From contig CAIIXF020000001.1 in the NCBI GenBank assembly GCA_903813345.2, forward strand, positions 2,790,001 through 2,854,000: a DNA stretch of 64,000 nucleotides, given 5' to 3'. This DNA comes from Owenia fusiformis. Taxonomy: Eukaryota. How positions within the stretch are numbered: the first letter of the stretch is position 1; each line of letters begins with the position of its first letter. The notes under the pieces were generated by a model. That model did not search any database. It was not told the DNA's origin and saw only the letters and a list, made by a program, of their open reading frames with translations. The position numbers were made by a program, and so were the translations under genes. Below are positions 25,801-36,400 of the stretch, piece by piece.

Positions 25801-26879
25801 AAGTCTCGCATACCTGCGTTTTTATTTCTTGACAGTGAGGTCAGTGTTAAAAGATTTCTTGTCAAGATTGCTAGAGTTTGTGCCTCAGTGGAAATAAATA
25901 ACACTCGTGAAATTAAGGAGTTACTTTTAGGAACGGGTATATGCTTTAACAGTGCTGAATTATGTACATTAGGGGGTGTCAATGATTTTAAGGTCAAAAT
26001 GACAGGTTAGCACATTTTTGGCAATTGAGTTAGTGTAAATCAATAGAGAATTGTCTCAGTTGTAGCCTTTTCTTGGGAATGTTCATCAGACTGACTGAGA
26101 TATTGTGGATTTATATGATTTTATACATAAGAAAATATTAATGGTGAATTAGGTAGTTGTCCGATGTAGATGAGTGAAAGTCCCCCAACAGTTTACGCAT
26201 TTTTGGTAATATACGGTAAAACTTGTGTCTAATGAGCTGTGAACACTCTGTTCGATAGAATTTCTCAAATGTGAACCCGTCTTTATACCCTTTGCATTTG
26301 TTCGACTTGGCTTCTCAAAAGAGAGCTTCACCTTTGGTAGATTATAACTAGACTCTGCGTGCAGGGTAGTCTTTATATGAACATGATATTAAGTTGGCAT
26401 CAGCATTGTTCACTCAGGGGAAGTTTTACTGTATATTAAAGACAATAGAAAAACTAATTAATAGGCTTCACTTCACTGGAATATTCACAAGTGAAAATGA
26501 GCTCCTTTGATCTACTTCTAAGAGTTACTTTTGATTACTCCATTGTGTTTATACAATGTATGGATTGTTCTAATGGATAAACATAATTGAACATGAGAAC
26601 AATTCAAATCCAGTATTTTTATTATTTAATCCTTGAACTTTTCCATCAGTATATAAAGAGTAGAAAAGCATGCATTGATTTTCTTAATTAGCCCAAGCTT
26701 CATTGATACGTATATTCATGATAGTAATAGTGCGAAAGGAATTGTTATTCTAATGTCTATGAAGTGTCCATTGGGATTTTGATCCTTAATGAGTCATTGT
26801 CGGAAATATTATCCTTTGTCTGAGTGATCCTCCGGGAGGCTGGTTATAGTTGTTAGGAGTCTCTTCGAGATGCTGTCGT

Positions 26880-26946
26880 TTACAGACATTCTTTGGGGGG
26901 AATGAAAACATTCGGGTCTGAAATTCCTACTGTAACGTCATAGAAA
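26880..26946 (-). CDS. EPDR: Ependymin-related protein exon 6 (FYDVTVGISDPNVFIPPKECL*)
   Basis: tttcag| acceptor, canonical GIxDPxVFxPPxxC C-terminus, TAA at 26882-26880. AATAAA on the minus strand at 26623-26618. Confidence 0.93.
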
Positions 26947-27644
26947 CTGAAAGTAAAAAATTGATTAATGTTATGTCAATCTGGAATTATTTGTTGTCGC
27001 AAGAAACAAATTATTTCTATTATCTTAAAGAATAAGTAAAGGGGAAGTCATTAGCCCTGTGTTAAATTACATTCCTTCCTCTTCTGTCCATCGAAGATGT
27101 TCCCGATTGTTGGGAGATTTACCGAAGCGTAGAAATAGCTTCAGAAGATGAAAAATGGTGCTTTATAAGATGCAATCTAATTTCCTGATAATCCAATACT
27201 AATAAGAGACACGAGGAAACAATTACTCTGAGAGCCTATTGAAGGATTCATGAAAGCTGTCAGTGAATGGGATAGTTACAGAATGGTCTTTAGCAAACCA
27301 GGGAAATATAACACCAATGCTTCAGTCTAATCTAATCACTTCTCACTCTCTGCCTTCTAGAGTTACTGGAAGGATTAGTGATGCAATTAAAATACTTTGT
27401 ATTGTTAGAAAGATTAAAGAATGTAAGCATTTTGACAGTTTTACTTGGGGTTGTGTTAACCAGTTGTAGCCTAGAAAGAGAAATGGTGTCAAGAGTTATG
27501 CTGATAAAGAAAATACATTTATATTTGTAGAATCTAAATGAAACCAGTTTTATACTCTTCAGAGTCATTTTTTTGTTATTTTCCTTCATCAGTAGTAAGT
27601 TATTAGAAAAAAGAATGAAGGAACGTTATACAAAAATATTTATA

Positions 27645-27812
27645 CAGTAAACCCGATCTGATCATAACGCCATTTGGACAATCAAAGGTGTTTGAAATAG
27701 CAAGTGTTCACATTTTAAGATTAGCAAGGTATTCAATGATAGATTACAAAATTGGGATGAAAAGTGTTCATGTTGAGAGGTGTTCGGATTGTAGATGTGT
27801 TCAGATATTGTA
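27645..27812. mobile_element. Family A MITE (degenerate) in EPDR intron 5
   Basis: TA|CAGTAAACC start with GTGTTCACATTT and GAGGTGTTCGGATT internal repeats. Confidence 0.55.
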
Positions 27813-27827
27813 ACTATATGAACTTAC

Positions 27828-27912
27828 TGGGTTGAGACGTAATCACTTGATCTACTCCTGGAAGTATGCACTGGGATGCACCCAACAGTGGTAAACTCTC
27901 CATTCCAGCGGA
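27828..27912 (-). CDS. EPDR: Ependymin-related protein exon 5 (VRWNGEFTTVGCIPV...)
   Basis: tttcag|...|gtaagt, 85 nt, FTxxGCIPV motif. Confidence 0.93.
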
Positions 27913-28118
27913 CTGAAAAGTAAAAAAACAGGAATTGAAATTAAATCATGAAATTCATACTTGTAAAAAAATTATTATTTGCTACCATTGTATGTCAAGC
28001 ACTGTATTGTATGATACTGTTTTATTCAACTCATCAAAGAATATTAAGTATAATCAAGTAGTGCCATTGAAAATACAAGTCAAAATCGAACCTATATAAA
28101 CCATATAAAATATCCTAC

Positions 28119-28311
28119 CTGTAGCTCCACTTGACTCTTTGTACTCAGCTCCCCACATTGACACCTCGACCCCAGCCTCGGGAATGCTAGCACCCAAGTA
28201 GGCCTCCCCATAGAATGTAGAGTTCCTCGGCACCTCCTCTGGATACCACTCCCATGTGATTGGTCGCTTCTCACATTTTCTTGTTTTCATGTCAATGCGA
28301 TATTCAACATG
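28119..28311 (-). CDS. EPDR: Ependymin-related protein exon 4 (HVEYRIDMKTRKCEK...VPRNSTFYGEAYLG...VSMW...)
   Basis: ttccag|...G|gtagga, 193 nt, second conserved Cys and the PxxxTFxG..LG motif. Confidence 0.93.
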
Positions 28312-28683
28312 CTGGAAATTAGGACAGAATTCAGTTGAATCAGAATATCTGTTAAATAATATATTTCAAGATCCACAGTCAATATAAAATATGTACAACT
28401 AGGTCATCTCTAAGATACAAACATATAGTTCTGGTATTACTGAGAAAACCACAAATTTGTTACATTGTTCAAGGATTTATATTTAGAAAGTTATTTTGAT
28501 TTGTTGTTATTTGATATCTTTCCGATATCCTTTATGAAGATTGCTAGTATCAAGAGCTGCAAACAATTGAGAAATGATAGTGCTATTCAAAACAATGGGG
28601 ATCTTGACCACCCTGTTTCTACAATGTCAGAGCCTAGTACTTGTGCTAGATCATATGATTGAAAAGGGTTAAGCTTAACTCAC

Positions 28684-28818
28684 CTCCCTGTGTAGGTAGA
28701 GTGAATCTGAGTATTCAGTCCTGTTGTCAAAGTAGATTTTGTCAACAAATCGCACTCTCTGGTTGTATGCATCATAAGACACCTTCCCATATCTTTGGTA
28801 CTTGTAGTTGTGGTCATG
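28684..28818 (-). CDS. EPDR: Ependymin-related protein exon 3 (HDHNYKYQRYGKVSYDAYNQRVRFVDKIYFDNRTEYSDSLYLHRE)
   Basis: ttgtag|...|gtgagt, 135 nt, SYDxxNxRxR ependymin motif. Confidence 0.93.
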
Positions 28819-29059
28819 CTACAAAGCATCAGTTCATACTAAAGTAGTATTAATATTTTATAATGAGACTCAATGATCTCCAGTCTCTAAACTTCTGACT
28901 TAAGTGCCTCAAACTATTCCAAATCTGGAGAATTCTCAATTTTCAACTACAAGCAGGTATAACTTGTTTTTGGATAAACAATTTGACAGATTATCGAGAT
29001 TATACTGTGAATAGATTAATGATTATTAACGTGTTACAATATAAGGTAGAGATACTTAC

Positions 29060-29094
29060 AGATGCTGCATCTCCCTCCCATTCCATGGGAGCCT
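29060..29094 (-). CDS. EPDR: Ependymin-related protein exon 2 (EAPMEWEGDAAS)
   Basis: tttcag|...|gtaagt, 35 nt, completes the ependymin C-x-x-P-x-x-WEG motif. Confidence 0.92.
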
Positions 29095-29116
29095 CTGAAA
29101 GGAAATGTAATAAACT

Positions 29117-29180
29117 GTACACTACACTATATTACACTACACTATATTACACTACACTATACTACACTACACTATGCTAT
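29117..29180. repeat. (TACAC/TATAC)n-type microsatellite in EPDR intron 1
   Basis: ACACTACACTATATTACACTAC... run. Confidence 0.85.
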
Positions 29181-29511
29181 ACCGGCGAGCAATCAACTAC
29201 ATATAATACATTGAGGCTAACAGCCTTGTAAGCAGTTTGTATAGATCTGTTTTAAAAAAGCAAAATTAAAATATTGAGTATTGTGTTAAATGAAATGTGT
29301 TACCATCTTCATTATCAGCCCCTTTGTAAAATATTAGTTATGGTAATAGATATTGAGATGCAGAGACAGCATGCAGCACATTATACACAAAGTATCAAAG
29401 AAAATTTCACAAATAGTTCTTTGTTTAAATCTAGGAACATTTTGCTCAAAAAGATCAAATATTTGGAAATAATTCTGTTATACATAAATTGATAATATTT
29501 TGAATACATAC

Positions 29512-29578
29512 CACATCTGGCAGGGAACTGTGCAGAGGCAGCTGCCACTAAACACAATGTGGAAACAAACAGCAACAT
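29512..29578 (-). CDS. EPDR: Ependymin-related protein exon 1 of 6 (signal peptide MLLFVSTLCLVAAASA-QFPARC)
   Basis: AAAATG start, hydrophobic signal with ASA cleavage site, donor G|gtatgt. The six exons total 582 nt = 193 aa + stop. Confidence 0.92.
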
Positions 29579-31614
29579 TTTGTAGATCAATCTCCTAGGA
29601 TACCTTGAATACAATGATATAACCGTCACACCTCCTTTCAGCTCTGTCTCTTTGGTATCAACAAAACATGGTCCTTCATTGCACATTCAATGTTCATAAT
29701 CATCCTTCTATTTGTCATCATAGAGACTTGTAGGTTTTGATCGAAGATGAGACCTATGTGTGTTTATTTGTGTCTAGTAGATCTTGTGATGTGTTTTAAC
29801 AATTGAGACTCATCATATCTTCATTGTAGATGATCGTAAAAGTAGGTCAATTGATGCACTTAGATATATATGGTACATGAGCAATGTGACCACTTTCAGA
29901 TAACTATGAACAATACAATGCCCTACATGTCTTTATATAATGGTTTGAAACCTCATCTTGGATTACCATTGGTATGAAGTTTTCTTGAAAATTCAAACTG
30001 GTAAGCGAGTATGTTGAAACCTGGGTATTAAGGTGGTCCCATTATGCACCTATTTTGCCAGATTTTTGTTTTACTCTTCCTACCTTAACACATTTGTCTG
30101 GTCAGGCATCTAGAAGAACCTATTGTGATATCAAGTCGCAACTAATTTCTATCACAAACTGTCTTTGTAAAATTAATATCAGATTCTCAAATCTGTGATT
30201 TTTACTGGTGCAATTAAGGTTCAATTTGATGAACCACATATTTGATTTTAAGGTATGACATATAATCACCATTTGATTAGCATTAGAGAGGGGAGGGGGG
30301 AATCATCAGCAACATAGTCACCATTCAGCTTTCTTAACTTTTTCCATTATCCTGAACAGTCTCACACAAAGCTCCGTTAAAATAAATGAAGGGGCACCCC
30401 AGTTGTTATATTTCTTGGAGATGTGTGTATAACTGTATAAGATGTTCAAGTAGAATAAATTTTGGCCGTAACATGTTTTTCTACTCTATTTGTGTATTGT
30501 CTTTCATAATACCTATGGGGCTTTTGCATTTATGTTCTATACCTCAGGCAGAGAGATGTTCTATCAGCAGGTTTACTCTCATATCAATCTAAGGTTCTAC
30601 ATCTACGTTTATTCTGAAGGAGTCTCAGGTGCGTTGTCTGGCTAAAAGCCGCAAATCGCAACTGTTATTGCGATCAGTTAAATCACATGTGTGAACAGTA
30701 TGTGACTTCATAATTGAAAATACATGTAGATATCTAATTTTTGATAACATGTCGATATTGCTTTGATGTATTTCAACGGTGACTTGTGCAGAACAGATTA
30801 CTTCAGAGAATTTTATTATTGGTGGCTGTAGGGAGGTGTTGCAGGTTGAATCATACAGGGATTTGCGGCTGCTAACCTGTTATAATAATGATGAAGGAGA
30901 CGTTTGGGAATAGCACAATATATGCTCCGATGACAGTTAATGCGGGAATGGGTGGAGAAATTATGGTATATCAATGCACATCAATCAAATTCAAGAAAAC
31001 CATTTGTGCTTATGAAAACACCCTTACCAATACAGAAGTTTGATTCTGCTTATTGAAAAGAAAGTCTCATCTGATACACAAGGCTGTGACACTCAGATAA
31101 GCTTATTAGTTTCATTTGGAAGCATTTTTCTTAGGGCAATAAACCGATAACGATAACGTCAGATAACTGAAGATGATGATTTAGGCAAAAACACACTGAT
31201 TAGCTTAGTTGTAGACTCATTAACCAACAGTTAGAAATATATCCTAACTTAAACATTAAGTGTAAAGACATAAACTGTCAGTTACCCACATTTACAAAAC
31301 AACCTGTCTGCGTACATGTATATCATGTTAATAACCATTCATGCATTAATAACATGGGAATTGAGATAAGACCAAATGTCAAAATATATAATAGATAACT
31401 AAGATTGCTAATAATGCCTTGATATCATGAATTAATATGGCATTAATGTGCACTGTTTTGATCGTATAATCCAATGATGTTAATAGTTATTTATTCATAA
31501 CTCAAAAACATCTTTGACTTAGATTATGACTTAGACTTAGACAACCTTTGACTTAGACTACATTTACAAATACCTAGCTTTAAGATATCTTTAAACACAT
31601 CACAAATCAGCTAA

Positions 31615-32000
31615 ATAAATATAGATTCTTGAAAGCAGTTTTAGATTGAGGAAACCATCTGATCTTAGTACAATTTCCTTTCCCCTCTCACCTCCCTTGA
31701 TCACTCTCCAATTATATGATATCTCCTTATGTTCTCCTGCTACAACCAAGCAGATCCCTTCAGGTGGAGAATGGACCCTAGTGATATATGATCAGTGTTT
31801 GTTTGAGCTCAATGATTTCCCAATCAGGATAACGCTTCTTCTTCTTACCCTCTCCAAGAGGTTGACCTTATGCACACTCTTTAAATTTGAGACCATCCCT
31901 TGAGTCAGGACATTACATTTTCTGTATTTAGCTATAATTCATACCGCCTCCTAATTCAACTCTAATAAAAAGTCAAAAAATTCTATCTTTGAATTGGTAA
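31615..32000 (-). mobile_element. Decayed CR1/L2-type LINE reverse-transcriptase C-terminal fragment
   Basis: Minus-strand pieces with stops and frameshifts read RKCNVLTQG, VNLLERVRRRSVILI..SYITRV, RRT*GDII and KTAFKNL. These resemble the KCxVLHxG, LExVQRRATxxI..LSYxxRL, RRxRGDxI and FKxxLD motifs, in the expected order. Confidence 0.55.
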
Positions 32001-32730
32001 GGTTTATTAGCACCAACACTAAGATCATCTATAATAGTCAAAAGTTAGGGTAACTAATCAATGGGGATTTAGGGTATCTGCTTAGTCTGGTCTCCTCAGT
32101 TGGTGGAAGGCTTAGAGTTCAATGTTTGTTTTCTCTGGCGCAATCAGTCAGGCGAGGTGAAATATTGAGATGTTGAAAATAAAGTGTTTTCTTATGTTTT
32201 CATCAGCTTGGAGGATTTACTTTAATTTGTTGTCAGTATCTCCCCTTACTTACAATTGGAAATATTCATTATTTGGCGCTGATATCTATTGAGTTTGGAT
32301 CCTTTTGATGTAGCATTCCAAGTAATTGTGATATAGAAGCTTTAAAAGTTCTGCTTTTTTCCAGATTCATTTTTTTAGTCCACAGAGTTGCATTCTAAGT
32401 TCTTTTTTTATTTTATTTTATGCAATAAAACATGAAAAAGAGAAATTGAATAAAAATAATGTATCAGGCTTGCACGTCTCTAAAATATTTATTATTTCAG
32501 ATTAAGGATCGGATATCAGGTCAATATGTCATCTTTTTGACACTATCATTGACGTCATCTTCATATTTTTCAGATGTTCAACCTTGGTTAATGTTATGAA
32601 TTGAAAAACACATCAAGCGGCAAATGATTCGAAAGTGCACATACTTTGAACCATTTATATCATCCACCTACTGATTAGCTTAATTTGATTATTTTACATC
32701 TGTATGATGGATATTTCGATGTATTTTCAG

Positions 32731-32805
32731 GTATGACTATAAAGTTTTGCTTCACAACTCCACATTCTGTCTGGTACCAAGGGGTCGTAGACTTGGCTCG
32801 TTCAG
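32731..32805 (+). CDS. EXT1: Exostosin-1 exon 2 ([24 protein letters not shown])
   Basis: ttttcag|G...AG|gtaggt, 75 nt, phase 2/2. Confidence 0.95.
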
Positions 32806-33138
32806 GTAGGTGCTCCATTATGTAGAATAATTGAAATAACTAAGTTTATGACACAATCATAGGAAAACGTGGCACAAAAGAATGGAGAGCTGGGTCATTT
32901 TGAGTCGATTTTTAAAGCTGTGTTGAAGACTGTTAATGTTGCTGCCATCAGAGTTGTATATTGTCAACGAAATAGAAATCAGAAAGTGTTTTTGGTCATT
33001 TATATTGCTCAATCAACCATGGGATGACCTGCTATTTGAATCAAAACTTGAATTATTCATTTTATCATCCATTCTGTCAGACTGCATCATTCAGATCAAT
33101 TTTGAAAATGTAAATAAGTAAATAGTTTTTTTATTCAG

Positions 33139-33265
33139 GTTCCTTGAAGCACTCCAAGCTGGTTGTGTCCCTGTGTTGCTAAGCAACGGTTGGGAGCTGC
33201 CATTCTCTGAGATCATCAACTGGAACAAGGCAGTTGTCTGGGGAGACGAGCGACTACTGTTCCAG
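33139..33265 (+). CDS. EXT1: Exostosin-1 exon 3 ([42 protein letters not shown])
   Basis: ttattcag|...CAG|gtaag, 127 nt. Confidence 0.95.
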
Positions 33266-33319
33266 GTAAGAATATAGAGATTATCCCATATTAGGGCTAG
33301 TATATTTGTCAATCAACAA

Positions 33320-33433
33320 CAGTAAAACCTATACATCTGAACACCTCTCTATGTAATATCTTTTTTCGTCTCATTTTCAATCTGAACTTGTTTGGTCAGT
33401 TCCCATGGTGTTCATATTAGACAGACTTTATTG
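33320..33433. mobile_element. Family A MITE (short, degenerate)
   Basis: CAGTAAAACCTA...TTAGACAGACTTTATTG|TA. Confidence 0.6.
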
Positions 33434-36400
33434 TATGTAACTATATTATATATTATGTTTTCCTTCTTGGAATGTAAATGGAATCACAATTGACTGGTTT
33501 GACCAGTGTCATGATGTGTGAACATGTATTAATCAGAAATTGCCTTCATTTCCCCAATGGGTCCCACATAACGAGGCAAAGTAGCGCTAACTATTGGTTT
33601 ATCGCATTATGATGAGTAATGGAGACACACTATGAATTGGGATGAGTTTTATGATAGGAAACACTTCCCTTTATCTTTCTAAGGTCTTATTTGGTGAACA
33701 TGACTTTTATTCAAGAGCTTGTAAAATAAGGAGATAACCACTCAAAAGGCATCATCAAGTACTCCAGTTTCTTTTACATAAAATCTATATCAGCCAAGCT
33801 TACAAATATTATTTGAAGGTAGATGTATAGTGTCTGAAGTCTGATAATACTTTGAAATGTTTACAAAATGTAATCCCAAATAAGGTATATTGGCGGGACT
33901 AATGTATCTCATGTTTTTTGTCCCTTAATGACTGTCTGTACCAATTTTATATACAGAGTTACACAAAAATGCAACTTTTTAATTGTAATTTTACTTTACG
34001 TTATCTCTTTGTCACCCTTACATATCCCACAAAATCCATTTTCATTTAATTATGTTTTGTTTCAAACGAGACAGTCATACTAAATTGCTCTCTATTTCAT
34101 TCACTAATAACATTATCATTCTCATGTTACAAAAGATAAAAATGAATTTTGGAGAACGAAAAGTATGGCTTGTTTGTGTGTAAAGGTCTAATTGCAATCT
34201 ACACACAAAAATTAATAATGAACTGCACGAATATTCAATAACATTAAATCTTACTTCTAATCATACTTGATGGCCATGTTTGGCTTGTTAATCCCTTTTA
34301 TAGGGTTCTTATAGGCCCTGGCATACAATTGTTAATTAATTATAAATTACATGAGGTCATGAATATTTAATTTTGATAGCTTGGGTTTGGTTGATTTTTG
34401 ACATTTTGGGTCAATCTGTAAAATTCTGCCAGTTTTTGGAAAATTGGGACTTAAGACTTATGGAGAATTAATGCCCTCAATTTTTTAAACATTAAATTTT
34501 AATCACCTTTGGGGCTTCACATCCCCCTATACACTAGTATAGTCTCAACATCAATCATCCTTGTCCATAAAGCTGAATTATTTATGATACAGTTAGTAAA
34601 AGTAGTTGTATATGATGATAATGCAGTTGATGTAAGAATGCAGTATTATGGTGGGTTAATGGGAGAACTGACAAATAAACTACTTTAAGGAGATTTAATG
34701 AGATCTAACTTGTGCTGCTGGGAATAATAGCATTCTATACTTTGGCATTCTTTCTATTCCCTACTGAATGGAAATGTTCAACATAATGCAACATGCCATG
34801 TCAAGGATTGTTTTAAAATGTCTAAATGTAGCTATGCTATATCCAAGAATTTGTTGGAGTAAAGTTATGGTTCATGGATGACTGAACCTGTATGTTACAA
34901 ATATTTGAGATGAAGATTTTCAGATTTTATTTTTATGTCGTTTTAATGATGTTGAATGACATGCAGTAGCATAAAAATATAAATGAATTACACGCATCAA
35001 AATTTACTAAAGTGTATGATATGTAACTCACCATGTATTTACATTAAATCATCATCTCTTCTATCTGGCACTGATATATTGCAGTGGGGTTGAATAGACA
35101 TATAATAAAGGAGCTCTATATCAGATCCGGTCAGAGTGACCTAGTTCCAGACTTTAGAAGTTACATTGTAGGAACCTTCTAATATAACATTTGAATCTTA
35201 GAGATACCTAGACCCTAGAAATTACATTGTGTTTACATTGATGCAGTGTCAATTTTTTATATGGCAACTTATATCTAAAGATTGCAAATCAATCGGTCAG
35301 CAGAAAAATCTAGCCATGATTTTTTTAATTTTATATTTTCCAAAGTAGACTGCAGATATTTCTCTTAGAAAATGAGGATTGTGATGTGGTATCCCAACTG
35401 ATGAAGAGCTTCGGGGCTTATCTTGTTGAAGCAGGTTCTCAGTTTCACATCACTCTCCATTACAGCATGGTTAATTGTATTAGATTCATTTGGCTTAACA
35501 TTGATGTGCTTTACGTAACTAATCAAGATAAGTCGAATCTCTGTTATTTACGACGGCTCCATAATCAAACCAAGATCGCGTATCGTAATATCAAAGTACT
35601 TTGCAACCATAGAGAGATATAAATTTTATGACATTGCCTAAGTATATTTTTTATGTCGAGAAACTGAAAATCGGCGTGTTCCTATTATATGGACTATATT
35701 TCATATTCGTGTTGATAGCCTATCAGAATGCAACAACATCAAAATCAATGGCCCACGCATATAGCAATCTCCAGAAAATCTAATTTATATGACTTTGAAA
35801 TAATTCTCACAGGAGAGATCCTTCATTGTGTCAGGACTGGCATTTTGTGATTGATTCTGGATATTACTTGTTGGTTCATTGGTTTGTTATAACATCTCTC
35901 GAAATCTGACAGTCAACTCTGATATGTCACTTAAACAAATGGGATACGATAATGATTTCCAAAATGAATTATTTACAATTTTGTACCAGAAGTGTAACAA
36001 AAAGTTGAATTTATGATTATATATTGATTGCCACATTTTTGTGGTGACATATTGTTATAGCCTCCAACTTTTTGTAGATGGGTTCGGTTGTTTGTGTTTA
36101 GCATTTGGCAGTTGGTGAATAAAGCTCATTCTTATTCTTACATTTAGGTTTCATAGTCCTAGTGTGGGGATTAAATGATTATAATTCTTGCTTGAGATAA
36201 GGGAATTCCCAAGTGTTGCTTTTATTTTTGGTTTTCAGTTATCACTCTTCATCTGATTGAAAATAAGATAGCTTCGTACATTTAAAGTGGATTATCCAAT
36301 TTCATAAAATATAAATGTGTGTGTCTAATTCTCATTATTCGCTGTCTAGTGTCAATCTATACTTACTTTGAAGCTGCTGTATTAAATTGGTGCCAGTTCT

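Noticed and set aside
29579-29686. Upstream extension of the EPDR ORF in the ORF track (MCNEGPC...)
   Set aside because: Uses a non-ATG start; the ATG at 29578 has good context and directly precedes a signal peptide.
30780-31050. Coding-looking stretch upstream of EPDR (possible lectin or TE remnant)
   Set aside because: No convincing motif or consistent frame and splice sites.
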